Shown: positions 49,895-64,000 of the stretch, in pieces
Position numbering within the stretch: the first letter of the stretch is position 1
How the letters are laid out: each line of letters begins with the position of its first letter
NCBI GenBank assembly: GCA_951406725.2
Contig: OX597815.1
Span: 129,828,001 to 129,892,000, forward strand
Direction of reading: 5' to 3'
Origin: Octopus vulgaris
Lineage: Eukaryota
Length of the DNA: 64,000 nt
Program-made: the position numbers and the translations under genes
The notes under the pieces: model-generated
What the model was told of the DNA's origin: nothing
Seen by the model: the letters and a program-made list of their open reading frames with translations, nothing else
The model's database searches: none

Positions 49895-50164
49895 CAACGC
49901 AGTACTGATGATACGCAACGAACCAGTAACGTGTTCACAACTGTCCTCATCACTAAGAAAGCAAAAAAAAAAAAAAAATACAGAAAAGAAACAACCAGAC
50001 TGTTAGTTTTTTAAATAGTGTAATAATTCTGGAGAATTGTTGATTTCTTCAGATTACTACCTCTTCTTATTTGGAGTTGGTTGCAATTGTCCCGCGATGT
50101 TTACATTCTCTCGAAGTGAAGTAATTTTAAATAAATCAGGAATCCATCTTGTATGGTATTATTT

Positions 50165-50217
50165 AATATATCTTACATTGATCATATATATGTATATATG
50201 AATATATATATATATAC

Positions 50218-50273
<56 letters not shown>

Positions 50274-50438
50274 CATACACACACACATATATATATATAA
50301 CATATATAAATGTATATTTATATATGCAAGTATATTTGTATGTATATATATATGTATACTTATAAACATACATACATATATAAATAAACAAACATATATA
50401 TATTTCGTTATACATATATATATATATATATATGTATG

Positions 50439-50469
<31 letters not shown>

Positions 50470-50480
50470 ATGTACATTCA
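50165..50480. repeat. (TA)n-rich compound microsatellite
   Basis: Visible run. Confidence 0.9.
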
Positions 50481-50774
50481 TACATACTCTCACATGTACC
50501 CAGCACATGTAAATGCACAGATATTGCTTCTCCACATTTTAATATATTTCTAACAGTTTATTTACCAAGTTAAGACCCAAAACACAGACTCAAACTCGCG
50601 CGCGCACACACACATACGCACACAAGTAAACACACGCGAGCAGAGAAAGATTAGCAATGCTTAGCAATATGTAAAGAAAAACGAACTCTTGTAGAAAGAC
50701 AATTGAATTTAATACGCATATGAAAAGATTACAGTGAGATAACAAAAATACTCCGATTCAATACAAAAGTTAAA

Positions 50775-50830
50775 TAGTAGTAGTAGTAGTTGTAGTAGTA
50801 GTAGTAGTTGTAGTAGTAGTAGTAGTAGTA

Positions 50831-50866
<36 letters not shown>

Positions 50867-50905
50867 TTAATAATAATAATAACGATAATAATCATTATTA
50901 TTATT
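50775..50905. repeat. (TAG)n-(AAT)n microsatellite
   Basis: Visible run. Confidence 0.95.
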
Positions 50906-51409
50906 TCATTATCAACTACAAAGGTTTTACATTTTAAAAAAATCATTGTAGACTGCACAGGATAAATAGAATGTGTGGTTACATGAAAGTCGTGTAACCA
51001 ATGAAAAATAATCGATTATATGCTTCTCTTTTAGCCACACAGGGCTGTACACAGACGGGACAAATTACAAAGTAGAGCTTTTCTTTTTGGGGAGAAAAAA
51101 ATAGTTGGGTAGGTTTTCGATGAAAAGGGATCGTAAAAAGGAAAGAGAAAAAAACGATCAATAGGGATCGTGTATCACAGAAATGTCATGATGTAAAGTG
51201 TAAAGGGGGAAGCAGATAATAATGATAATATCTCAAAATTTGTTACAAGTTTAGTAGGTCTACAGGATAGAGTAAGCCAATTACACCGACTCCAGAGTTT
51301 CATTGGTATTTTATCGACCCTTGCAGTCATCCACTTTTTTGTCTCCGTTCTCCACCTTTCAAACAAATTCACGGGTGAAGAGCAGCACTTCCATCTCTAC
51401 CCTCAATAA

Positions 51410-51860
51410 TAATCCTTTCTTCTATAGGCACAAGGCCTGAAATTCTGGGGGAGGGGACTAGTCGATTATTTCGACCCCAGTGTTTTACTGGCACTTATTT
51501 CATCGACCCTGAAAGGATGAAAGGCAAAGTCGACCTCGGTGGAATTCGAACTCAGAACGTAAAGATGGACGCTAAGCATTTTCCTCAGCGTGCTAACGAT
51601 TCTGCTAGCTCGCCGCCTTCTTCCATCAATAATAATGATTTCAAATTTTGCCGCTAAGCAATTTGTTCGGCGCGCTAAACGATTCTGCCAGCTCACTGTC
51701 TGAGTATTTTTTCTTATTTTGGTACAAGGCCGGTAGTTTTTGAAGGAAGGGCAAAGTCGATTATATGGACCCAAGTAGTTGATTGGTACTTATTTAATTG
51801 ATTCTGTAAGGATGAAAGGTAAAGTCGACCTCGATGGAATTTGAACTCAGAACTTGTAAA
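51410..51860 (-). mobile_element. Tandem SINE family A copies
   Basis: Two cores (gatgaaaggcaaagtcgacctcg) plus an extra head fragment. Confidence 0.85.
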
Positions 51861-52119
51861 ACTGGTAAAGGGATTTCGGATACGAGATTACCACCCTGCT
51901 TAGTTTATCAAACCTATTGTTATTCTATGCACAAACTTTATAAATCATAAAATTCAATAAATATGAAATTATGGTTTCTACCATTCACACAAATCCACCC
52001 ACTGCGTGTGTGTGATGTGTGTGTGTGTGTGTGGGTGTGTGTGTGTGAGTGTGTGTATGTGTGTGTGTGCGTGTATAGGAGAGAAGAAGAGAGATATAAT
52101 TGGTTAGCTCGATTGCCAC

Positions 52120-52930
52120 ACTTCTCTATGAAAGCCCGATACACTTCCCTCCCTTTTGCCAAAAACTTCTCACACATCTGCCTTACTACAAATATTTGAT
52201 CTGCGCACCCCCTTCCTCTCCTAAAACCGCACTGCTTCTCCCCTAGTACACTCTCTGTCTGGTTCCTCACCCTTACAGTCAGAATTCTCCCATACAGTTT
52301 ACTAACCACACAAAACAGATTATACCCCTAAAATTTCCACATTCACATTTATCCCCTTTCTCCTTGTACAGTGGCACTATGCAGGCACTACACCAGTCCT
52401 TTGGTACACTTCCAGCCATATAACAAACATTCATAAACCTCACTAACCATTCAGTCAATGTTACTCCTCTTTTCTTTAGGTATTCCCCTGTACATCCATC
52501 TATACCTGGCGTCTTCAGGTTTGGCATCTTCCGCAAGGACTCTCTCATCTCCTCCCTTTCAATTGCACCGCAGCTCCATTCCCCAACAACAGGCATTCTC
52601 CTATCTCCTCCTACAGCCACTGTACTTGCCTCCGTATCATCTTCCACATTTAACAGCTCACTAAAATACTTTGCCCATCTCCTTTGTACATTCTCACTTC
52701 TTTTTAACAAATTTCCATTTACCTCCTTCACCCTTTCTTCCCTTCCTCCAACCACCTTTCTTACCCTCTGTACCTTTTTCCAAAACATCTTTTTATTTCT
52801 TACAAAATGTTCTCTCAACTTTTTCCCGAACCTTTCATTCGTTTCCCATTTCGCCATCTTCACCACTCTCTTTTTACTCCGCTCTTCACTTCTCTGTAGC
52901 GACCATAAGCCTCTGCATCCCTTTTCCGCT
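52120..52930 (-). mobile_element. RTE-clade LINE internal fragment (RT N-terminal region)
   Basis: ORFs 52279-52866 and 51938-52309: RWAKYFSELLN, KTPGIDG, VPKDW..ACIVPLYK.KGDK.EC.NFRGI, QCGFRRGRGCADQIF. Confidence 0.9.
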
Positions 52931-53092
52931 CTTAATAAGGATAAGCATATTAAAAAGAGTTCATTTAAATAAAAGGGATGGAAACCATAGTGAAAAGGTT
53001 GGGAACCAATGTTCTATAAGATGAGGTTATTTTGATGATCCACAAGAAAGATTTACTTTGATTACAATATATTATTAGTGTATATAGTACAG

Positions 53093-53420
53093 TGGAGACG
53101 CAATGGCCCAGTGGTTAGGGCAGCGTACACGAGGTCATAGGAACGCGGTTTCGATTCCCAGACGGGAGTGTTTATTGAGCGTTTATTGAGCGAAAATACT
53201 TACAGATTCACGAGGCTCCTGCAGGGGTTGTACTCTTCCGCCACAACTTTTCTTCCTGTTTCTGTTGTACCTGTATTTCAAAGGGCCAGCTTTGTCACAC
53301 TTCTGTGTCACACTGAATCTACGTTAAGGGTACACGTGCCTGTGGAGTGCTCAGCCACTTGCACGTTAATTTCACGAGCAGGCTGTTCCGTTGATTGGAT
53401 CAACAGGAACCCTCGTCGTC
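53093..53420 (+). mobile_element. SINE family D
   Basis: tggcccagtggttaggg...ggtttcgattcc head; body homologous to 7278-7591. Confidence 0.8.
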
Positions 53421-54014
53421 TTCTTTTTTCCATTTATCATCAAAACATAGAAGCGGCGTTGTCAGAACGGTAGCGCACGGAACACTGTTTCACAATGGAA
53501 CTAGAAAACCTTTTTTAGTACCAGGAGCAAATTTGAAGTACGTAAGAACCTGTCTAGATTAATGATGCAAAAAATAATGAATCTTTAATTTTACAACTCC
53601 ATACGTATATTACATACTAAGTTATAGTTTTGATATATAGCTTTAAACTTTTGAATTTTTCATGTGGGTTTTTAATGACTTTGTCAAATTTAAATGCAGA
53701 GAGGGGGTTCCTCAACTCTGCTATAGAGTACTTAATCTTGACAGTTTTGCATTTTGAGCTGCGATCCTATCAGCTGAAAATTGGATTTAATGATGATATA
53801 GAAATGAAATAACATCGATTACATATCTTGCAATGGCGTAGTGTGTGGTTTGCCCACCCACCTTCGTTCAGTGTAACGTATTTTCAACTACAGCCAACAC
53901 ACATATAAAAAGTGGTCGCCCTGCCTGTGCAGCCCGTACAATCCGTACACACTCACTAATATCCCGAGGAGCTGCTCGAAAGGTCCCTTGCAATCGACTA
54001 ACATTCGCTTTTAA

Positions 54015-54460
54015 TTAAAGTATGAGGCCAACAATTTTGATTGGGATGGGATTAGTCGATGCTATCGACTTTAATATTTGACAGGTACTTGTTATCGACT
54101 CCGAAACGATGAAATGTGGAGCTGTGCTCGGCGTGATTTGAACCCAAAATATAAAGAACCAGAACAAACGTCGCAAATGCTCCAATGCTCTTCCAAATGC
54201 TCTAATGATTGTAGCAATTCATCGTGTTACAATCGACTAATACTTCTTTCTACTATAGGAACAAGACCCGAGACTTTGGAGAGGGGGATAATCGAGTACA
54301 TCATCCCCACTGTTCAACTGTTACTTATTTTATCGACCCCGAAAGGGATGAAAGACAAAGTCGGCTTCAGCGTAATTTGAATTCAGAATGTAAAAACGGA
54401 ATAAATGTCGCAGTGCATTTTGTCCGGCACGGTAACGATTCTGCTAGCTCGACGCCTTAC
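54015..54460 (-). mobile_element. Two tandem SINE family A copies
   Basis: Reverse-complement cores at ~54090 and ~54335. Confidence 0.75.
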
Positions 54461-54508
54461 ATCGACAAATAATGCTACGTTACAGGGTTTGTGGTCCTGT
54501 GATAATAA

Positions 54509-54734
54509 TCCTTTTTAGTTTAGGCGCACGGTCTGAAATTTTGGAGCGGTGGTGGTGGTGGGCTGTTTTGGGGGGCTAGTCGATTACATCGTTCTTAGTG
54601 CTCGACCGGTAGTTATTTCATCGACCCCGAAAGGATGAGAGGCAAAGTCAACCTCGGTAGAATTTGAACTCGGAACGTAAAAACGGACGAAATGCCGTTA
54701 AGTATTTTGTCTGGTGCGGAAACGATTCTATCTT
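54509..54734 (-). mobile_element. SINE family A with a 17 bp target-site duplication
   Basis: tggtcctgtgataataa at 54492-54508 and 54735-54751. Confidence 0.9.
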
Positions 54735-55030
54735 TGGTCCTGTGATAATAACGTAAAACAATTCATATGAGACTACATAATAATATTTATTATTTGATAA
54801 CGAAACAAAAGGAGGAGGAACTGAAAAGGGGGGGAGGGGAATGGGAAGAATAAGAAGAAGAAGTAGAAGAAGAAGTAGAAGAAGAAGAAGGAGAAGAAGA
54901 AAGAGAATGGAAAGAAGAAGAAATGAAGGAAGAGAAAACGAAGTAGCATAAAAGGAAGAAGAAAAAAGCATGCAAAAATAAAAGAAAAAACACAGTAATC
55001 AACAAACGTCAAAAGAAAATAAAACAGCAG

Positions 55031-55111
<81 letters not shown>

Positions 55112-55601
55112 TAAATAATAGTAATAATAACAGCGCTAATTACATCAACGTAAAAGTTTTCTGGGAATTGATTTTAAGAGTGTGGTGAAAGTAAATGAAA
55201 GAAGCAGCAGAGACAGAAGAACATTCAGGCAAATCAACAGGTGAAAAGCATTGATTGGTTCGTCAAACTGGCTGGTTGGCAGGCTTGGTGGATGACTGGC
55301 TGGCTGGTTGATGGGTTGGTAGGTTGTTTGGTTGGTTGGTTGGTAGGCTGGTTGGCTGGTTGGTGTGTAGGTTGGCTGGATTTTAGTAAAAATTGCTACG
55401 ATCCGAAGACTCGATTCCCTTGTAACTAAATGCAGTTAACGTCATAGACAAATTAACCGATGACAGACAGATCGACGAACCAACCAGAGAGCATCCATCT
55501 ATACTATATCTATGTAGTCGACAGACGTGCTAGAAGCAGCAATGAAATTTCCTTTCAAGCCTCACATTCTACTATATATCTTTCTCACTTTCGTTCTCTC
55601 A

Positions 55602-55674
<73 letters not shown>

Positions 55675-55723
55675 CAATATAAGGGTAGCAAAAAAAATTC
55701 AAGAAAAATTCAATAAAAAAAAA

Positions 55724-55764
<41 letters not shown>

Positions 55765-55948
55765 GACAAAAACAAAGAATCAGAAAGAAAGAAAAGGTAA
55801 ACGCGTTGTGGTGAAAGTCGTCTGAGATACGCAAAAATAAGGAGTGGTCACGGTTGGAACACTTTCCATCATAAGTCCTGCTCAGTCGGGAGTGACCAGA
55901 AACTGAACTGCAAATACTGACGTACGTACATACATACACATGCACACA

Positions 55949-55993
<45 letters not shown>

Positions 55994-56101
55994 ACATACA
56001 CGCATGCATACGCGCACACACAGATACATATACATATACATTCACAACCACGAATTATAAAATTGATCACGGCAATTGATACCAATATCGCAAACATACT
56101 A

Positions 56102-56185
<84 letters not shown>

Positions 56186-56261
56186 AATATATATGAATAT
56201 ATAAATCAATATATATCACACACACATACAAGTGGTGTATTTATATGACTGTGTGGTAAGA

Positions 56262-56441
56262 AGGCGCAGGCATGACTGTGTAGTAAGACGCTTGTTTCCC
56301 AACCACATGGTTCTGGGTTCAGTCCCACTGCGTGATAACTTGGGCATGTGTCTTCTACTGTAGCCTCGGGCCGACCAAAGCCATGTGAGTGGATTTGGTA
56401 GATTGAAATTGAAAGAAGCCCGTCGAATATATATATATATG

Positions 56442-56532
<91 letters not shown>

Positions 56533-56740
56533 TGTCTGCGCTTGTCCCCTACCCCACCATCGCTAGACAACCAATGTTGGTGTGTTTACATCCCCGTCAA
56601 TTAGCGGTTCGGCTGAAGAGAGCAACAGAATATGCACCAAGCTTACAAAGAATAACTCCAGGGGGCAATTTCTTCGACTAAAAGGCGGTGCTCTAGCATG
56701 GTCACCGTCAAATGACTGAAATTAGCAAAAGAATAAAAGA
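56262..56740 (+). mobile_element. SINE family B (full copy)
   Basis: Homologous to 35674-36073. Confidence 0.9.
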
Positions 56741-56977
56741 ATATGTATGTATGTATGTATATATATATATAAGTATATATATATATAAGTATATATATAT
56801 ATATTAATATACATTATATATATCAATATTAATATAGATATAAATATATATTAATATTTTGGAAAATTAAACTTAAATGTTGAAGTGAATCTAACGGTTT
56901 TTGTATGTTTTTAAATGGCTTATAAACACCTTCCACGCTGCAATTGTTTATATTTGTATTGATATATATGATGTATA

Positions 56978-57048
<71 letters not shown>

Positions 57049-57424
57049 GTATTTACATATATTAATATACATACATTAATATATATATATGTAAAACTAT
57101 AACACCCTCACATACACATCTATGAATATCAGTCTCTTAGATTAGTACCATGCCACATAGGGTGTGGGAGGGGTGAAGGGAATTGGAGGAAGTGGTTTGA
57201 CCCGATGTCAATATATGACTGGTACCTTGTACAGCTAATTGTATCAATCGATCATTCGATCGATCCTTCAAGTCTCGGAGGGATGGAGTGTTAAATGGTG
57301 TTAACGATACGAGCTCTCTCTCCACCGCTACAACCACCACCACCACCACCACCACCACCATCACCACCACCGCCACTATCACCATCACTACCACCACCAC
57401 CACCATCACCACCACCACACCACC

Positions 57425-57456
<32 letters not shown>

Positions 57457-57746
57457 CAACATCACCTACTACTACTACTACTACTACTACTTACACACCA
57501 CCTCTCTTGCCATTGCAGCCGCAACTGCTACCACTGTTATTGCTGCTGCTGCTACTGCTGCTGCAGCTACATTTCTTAATCAGCCCAACAGACACCTGAG
57601 AATCGCAAAGGTCATCGGCCACTGACACCTCCCCCATTGCCTACTAATACTATTACTGCTACTGCTGCTGCTGCTGCTGCCACTGCCATTCACCATACTC
57701 CACCCAGTTTTCTGTATTAAATGTTATTAAACATTATTACGTTATA

Positions 57747-57811
<65 letters not shown>

Positions 57812-57829
57812 TAATAATAATAATAACTA

Positions 57830-58680
57830 ATAATTTTGACACAAGGTCAGTAATTTAAAAAGGAGGGGGTTATTCAATTACATCGACCACAGTACTTGAC
57901 TGGTACATTTTTTCTTTTATCGCTCTCAGAAGATGAAAGACCATGTCGAAATAATGATAATATTCCTGTCTACTAAAGGCGCAAGGCCTAAAATTTTGGA
58001 GGAGGAGACTAATCCCTTACATGGACCCCCCAGTGTTTCACTACTACTTAATTTATCGACTCTGAAAGGATGAAAGGTAAATTTGATTTCGGCGGAATTT
58101 GAACTCAGAACGTAATGACAAACGAAATACCGCTAAGCATTTCGTCCGGCGTGCTAACAATTCTGCCAGCTCGCCCTTTCTATTATCAGCAGAAGGCCTG
58201 GAATTGTAAGGGGAGCGGATAGTTGATTACGTCGATCTCTGTGCTTGACAGGTATTTTATTTTGAGCTTCGGCGTGGCACAAATCCAGTAGTTTTGAGGG
58301 ATGTGACAAGTCGATTAAATCGTCTCCCGTACTTCACAAGTACTGTATTTTATCGGCCTCGAAGAGATGATAGGCAAAGTCGACCTCGGGGGTATTTGAA
58401 ATTAGAACACAAAGAGCCGGAAGAAATACGGCTAAGCATTTTGTTCGACGCTCTAACGATCCTGTCTGCTTTAATAATAATGGTTTCGGATATAAGTACA
58501 AAACCAGCTATTTTGAAGGAAGGGGTTAAGTCGATTATGTGGACCCCAATACTTGCTAGTTAGCTTATATGCTCGACCCAGAAGGAACGAAAGGTAAAGG
58601 TAACCTCGGTGAGATTTACACCCCGAACACAAAGCTTCAGAACAAATGCTGGGACGATTCTGCCAACTCGGAGGCTGAGA
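57830..58680 (-). mobile_element. Array of about four head-to-tail SINE family A copies
   Basis: Cores at ~57920, 58065, 58365 and 58580, all on the minus strand, following (AAT)n. Confidence 0.8.
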
Positions 58681-58744
58681 TATTTCCTTTGGGTTGCGAC
58701 AAGGAAAAATCTTTAAAATTGTGACGTTCTCACAAGTCCCATGT

Positions 58745-58977
58745 CGCGCTGGATTAACCATTGAACAAAATAAGCACGTGCTTAGTAAGTGGTTTACGGC
58801 ACAAAAGAAATCACTTTAAATTTGCTAAAACAATATTCGAAGTGGTTTATATGATCGGAAATATAATTTCGAAGTGTTTACGGTGTCAAAATAAAACATT
58901 ATTTTCCATCTTACTGTTAGTTTAGCTTCATTTTGAAAAATAATTAATTTTATGGTTTATTATTGTTTACATTTTGA

Positions 58978-59040
<63 letters not shown>

Positions 59041-59098
59041 GGGGTCACGAAAATCTTTTAAGTGCTTAGAGCCTCTATAGAACTTAATCTGGCCCGGG
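58745..59098. mobile_element. Decayed hAT-type MITE
   Basis: Termini gcgctggattaa / ttaatctggccc, resembling cagggccggattaa-type TIRs. Confidence 0.45.
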
Positions 59099-60171
59099 TC
59101 CCAAGCAACAAAACCATATTTTTCTTTCCTTTTCTGTTACCATTTTTAAACAACTGAAATTACAAGCGCTATAAACATAAAATGTCGTCTGCAAACGAAA
59201 GATGTTTGATGTGGTTACTTGATTTTCTAAAAATGATAGTTAAATATCCAGAAAATATTACCCTGAAAAGGAGAAATATAACGTTCCGTGTAGTCCATGA
59301 TATACAACCCCCCGCAAAAAAAAACCTCAAGATGGTCATGGCTGGAACGCCTTTTGATCATAGGTTTCTCGATCAGAGATGGTTAGATGGGATTCAACAA
59401 GAGCTTCCACTCCCACTATCACTCCCACTACCATCCATCACTTCCAATACCACCCAGTATTTGCAGGACGGACACCACTACTACCACTGCCGTTTTCTAG
59501 CAGCACCACAACCGAAACTAACCCCGCCATCACTGCAACCACGACGACGACGCCCACCACCACCACCACCACCACCACCAACACCAACAACAACACCAAC
59601 AACAACAACAACAACAACAACAACAACGCTAAAACCACCAAGAGCATGTCAATATATGACCACCACTACCACGACCAACATCACTCTACATTGACAACAA
59701 CCACTGACCAGAACTTGTGACCACTGCCACCACCAGCACCACCACCACCATAATTATTACCACCACTACAAACGACAATCACAGTTAAACGAGTCGACAA
59801 GAGAATCTGTGCGTGGTCACATGAACTTACAAGAAATAGCAGTCAAATTTCCCTTAAATCATGTCTTGCCGCCCTAAAAGTGACATGCAAATGGTACAGT
59901 GGATAATACAGTATTAAATAGATGGTGGCTAACATACAAAAACGACAGGAAGGTCATTGCTGGGCTATTTTTGATCATAGGTCTGCTCAATAACCTAGGG
60001 TTATATTACAACAACAACAACAACAACAACATCAACATTCCTCCTCTCGTCCCTTTTTCATCCCTTCATCTTTATATGTAGCCCCCGCCGCCCACAACTC
60101 AAATTCTAAATTGTTCTTGTAATGCCCTTCTCATCCGATGCCCGTGTGAGAAATAAAAGAAATTATTCAAG

Positions 60172-60360
60172 TTAGGAGAATTGTTAGCGTGCCGGACAAA
60201 ATGCTTAGCGGCATTTCGTCCGTCCTTACGTTCACAGTTCAAATTCCGCCGAGATCGACTTTACCTTTCATCCTTTCGGAGTCGATAAACTAAGTACCAG
60301 CTGAAAACTGGGGTCGATCTAATCGACACATCCCCTCCCACAAAATGGTAAACTTTGAAA
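60172..60360 (+). mobile_element. SINE family A
   Basis: Homologous to 1693-1904. Confidence 0.85.
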
Positions 60361-60600
60361 CCTTTATTGATCAGGCACCCGTGGGTTTTGTGGGGTTTCC
60401 CACAAGGTCCTTAAAGCACCTCCCCTATTGGGAATTTTAAATTGTTTAATTTTTAATTGTTATTTATATTGTTTACACGTAAAACTCATTGAATCGTCCT
60501 GTTTTAGTCTTTTATGTTGTGTCTTTTAATGTAATTTTATGTGAGTCCTTGTGGCCAATAAAAGAATGAATTATCATTATTATTATTATTAATATTATTA

Positions 60601-60658
<58 letters not shown>

Positions 60659-60837
60659 GTTACACATGATGAAGCTCCTACACAGTCGTACAACTGGCTG
60701 GAAACTGCAGCTTAATCTCCCTTAAAATGCAAAAGGCACATCAAATGGTGATGACGTGTGTAAATAACTGAAAGAAAAGAGCTGGTCGCGGTTTCAATGC
60801 TAATATGCGGATAAACGACATTAAGAATAACAAAAAA

Positions 60838-60877
60838 ACTACTGCTGCTGCTGCTACTACTACTACTACTACTGCTG

Positions 60878-60963
<86 letters not shown>

Positions 60964-60975
60964 ACTGCTACTACG

Positions 60976-61068
<93 letters not shown>

Positions 61069-61090
61069 ACTACTACTACTACTACTACTG

Positions 61091-61137
<47 letters not shown>

Positions 61138-61145
61138 ACTACTAC
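60838..61145. repeat. Mosaic (CTA)n/(CTG)n trinucleotide array
   Basis: Alternating in-phase blocks of act and gct. Confidence 0.95.
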
Positions 61146-61149
61146 TATT

Positions 61150-61808
61150 AATAACAACAACAACAACGCAACCATCTCAAACATACCACCACCACCACCA
61201 CCATTATCAACAACAACAACAACAACAAAACAACAATAACAATAACAGCAGTAGTAGAAAGAAGACCAACACCATTAGTAACACCACCACCACCACCACC
61301 ACCACCACCACCACTACCACCACCACCACGACTGTCCCTCCCATACCATCAACCTCAGCCCTACCTCCTTTACTATCGCCACTGCAACCATTACGGTAAT
61401 GGTAGTACACCCTCAACTACTACCATCTCAACAATTACTGCAGCGTTATTATCGCAGACACCGACACCGTAACTACCATCAAGGAATCTGAGTGTGGTAT
61501 GTCGAGCAGGTAGAAATAGCAGCTAAATTGCCATCAACTCAAACTTTACAGTCATAAATTAGGATGGAGAGTACTGGATAATGTAGTTCTAGAAAATACT
61601 AAAAGAAAACAAAAACAAAACAATAAGTCGGAATGGTCATGGCTGGGAAAACTTTGGTTCATAGGATTTGTTCAGTAGTGATGGTTGCCCAGTGGCTAAA
61701 CAACAACAACAGCTGCAGCAACAAAAACAACCATTTCAACTCATCTACTGTTATTACCACCACCACCACCACCACCAAAACCATCACCACCACCACCAGC
61801 TGCTGCTG

Positions 61809-61856
<48 letters not shown>

Positions 61857-62039
61857 GTGTCTCTGCTGTTACTACTACCACTACTGCCACAACCACTACA
61901 TTCATTGGTACCACTGTCGCCGCTTCCCCCACTGGCATCACCTCCACCACCCACCACCACCACCACTAACTCCACTAGCATCGCTATCACTCTCATTAGC
62001 TTCACCACCACCACCACCACCACCACCACCACCACCACC

Positions 62040-62084
<45 letters not shown>

Positions 62085-62640
62085 ATTTCATCACTTTCAC
62101 GAAATCCTGATCTACCACCACCACCTCTGTTATTATCCCCAACGCAACAACCACTATGCCTTGAACAGAACTCCTACCTCCACTACTACATCCTCAACTC
62201 TACACCACCAACACCAACACCAACACCACCATCACATATCTTCATCTACTACTTCTGCTACAGCCGCTATCATCACTACAACCATCGCCACTGTGATTAC
62301 TACGATTTCTACTACCACCACCACCACCACCATTACCCCCCCACACACACACTACTACTACCAGTACTACTAACAACAACAACAACAACATCTGCAGTCA
62401 CCACCACCACCACCATCGGCACCCCGAGATCACGTTCATATAGTCGTGTATCCTATCACCGCTATCATTACTACAACCATTTCCACTGTTATTATACCTA
62501 CCACTATTCTAACCACCACCACCACCAAACTCACCGTCACTGCCACCGCAGCTGCCGCTACCATTGCTATACTATTGTCCCCACGTCTTTTACTATTGCG
62601 AAACCGTTCAACTTTAACAAGCTTACTATTACTACGAACT
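61150..62640. repeat. Degenerate (CAC)/(CAA)/(CTA)/(CAT) trinucleotide low-complexity region
   Basis: Visible runs; source of the long low-complexity ORFs. Confidence 0.9.
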
Positions 62641-62954
62641 GATAACAACTCGGAGTTTTCCGATGAATGTGCTTTCACCGTTCTATGTAGGCGTTACATC
62701 ATGATTTCTGCCAGATATTTCCCCTCCTCATTTGTTCTCGCTGTCTTTTCCTGTCTCTCCATCTTTGTTTATTGTTTTTGTCCTCTATCATTCACTAATA
62801 CTCACACCTACGCAATGTCCTTCACGCTACATAAACCTACATATGCATACACTGATATTTAAATCTATGTACATACCTCACACATATATGGATGCAGGTG
62901 TATATATGCGCATGTGTATATGTCTGTATGCCTAAATGACTGAAACAAGTAAAA

Positions 62955-63040
<86 letters not shown>

Positions 63041-63337
63041 TGTATGTATGTATGTATGTATGTATGTATGTATGTATGTATGTATGTGTGCGTGTGTGTG
63101 TGAGTTTAAATTGTTAACCGACATAAGCACACGGACACACACACACTACTTCATTATTGTACAGATATGTACGTACGTACATACATACATACGTATATGT
63201 ACTGATATACATATGTATGCATGTTTGCATCTATCTACACATGGGGTATCTAAACAATTTTAAATTTTCACACGCGCAAGTATATTCTTTTCCTTCCAAG
63301 CTCCTTCCTATTCCAAAGCATATTGTTCTTTCTTAAA

Positions 63338-63379
<42 letters not shown>

Positions 63380-63382
63380 TCT

Positions 63383-63787
63383 TTTATTCTTTTCAGTCAT
63401 TTGACTGCGGCCATGCTGGGGCACCGCCTTTAGTCGAACAAATCGACCCCAGGCCTTATTCTTTGTAAGCCTAGTACTTATTCTATCGGTGTCTTTTGCC
63501 GATCCGCTAAGTTACGGGGACGCAAATACACCAACGTCGATTGTCAAGCAATGGTGGGGGACAAACACACAAACTTATATACATATATGTACTGATACAT
63601 ACACACATATATATGTATGTATGTATGACGGGCTTCTTTCTGTTTCTTTCTACCTAGTCCACTTACAAGGCTTTGGTCAGCCCGAGGTTATAGTAGAAGA
63701 CACTTACCCAAGGTACCACGCAGTGGGACTGAATCCGGAACCATGTGGTTGGTAAGCAAGCTACTTACCAAACAATCACTCATGCAC

Positions 63788-63788
<1 letters not shown>
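63383..63788 (-). mobile_element. SINE family B (full copy)
   Basis: Reverse complement of 35674-36073. Confidence 0.9.
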
Positions 63789-63831
<43 letters not shown>

Positions 63832-63887
63832 TATTAAGTTAGACATGGCCTGGGCCAATAATGGCCGAAACCTATCAAAGTATCAAA

Positions 63888-63922
<35 letters not shown>

Positions 63923-64000
63923 ATTAATTAAAATTTGTGTGGATGTATATATACATAAAATTGTATATATTTAATAAAATGTATCTGTCTATATATGTTT

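Larger units (their letters stand above)
59190..61700 (+). mobile_element. Four dispersed copies of a short interspersed repeat (family E) at ~59190-59400, 59800-60000, 60680-60830, 61490-61700
   Basis: Shared agaaatagcag..aaat..ccct.aa and ggtcatggctggaa.gcc.tt.atcataggt motifs. Confidence 0.6.

Noticed and set aside
53093-53165. tRNA gene
   Set aside because: The A/B boxes belong to a SINE head that continues into a repeat body; there is no complete cloverleaf. The same applies to the other SINE heads.
61633-62642. 246 aa and 324 aa ORFs as mucin-like or His/Pro-rich proteins
   Set aside because: Open in several frames only because the trinucleotide repeats lack stops; no domain, and they begin inside an interspersed repeat.

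Overview
AT-rich, microsatellite-saturated eukaryotic DNA with no intact multi-exon gene recognisable. The repeat content (tRNA-derived SINE families, (TA)n/(CA)n/(CATA)n/(AAT)n runs) is typical of an octopus/cephalopod genome; this is an inference. Almost all ORFs in the track are microsatellite translations. Recognisable elements: a full-length but frameshifted mariner (27760-29051, TA TSD); a full-length decayed Chapaev3-type DNA transposon (12722-14876, TTA TSD); a second Tc1/mariner relic; RTE, CR1-group and R4/Dong-like LINE fragments; Penelope-like (Naiad-type) RT and endonuclease remnants; Helitron, Helentron and hAT-type non-autonomous elements; and at least five SINE families. The most striking signal is a set of type-I hammerhead ribozyme motifs. 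One has a perfect core (26345-26440, minus strand) and several have unusually long stem II. They sit in ~450-500 bp non-coding units embedded in (TA)n, next to Penelope-like remnants and long fold-back palindromes, which suggests a microsatellite-targeted Penelope/retrozyme-like system. The few unique stretches hold a candidate HSE+TATA+Inr promoter (46.7-47.0 kb), an RFX X-box and a few candidate exons. All calls were made by eye; boundaries of decayed repeats are approximate.
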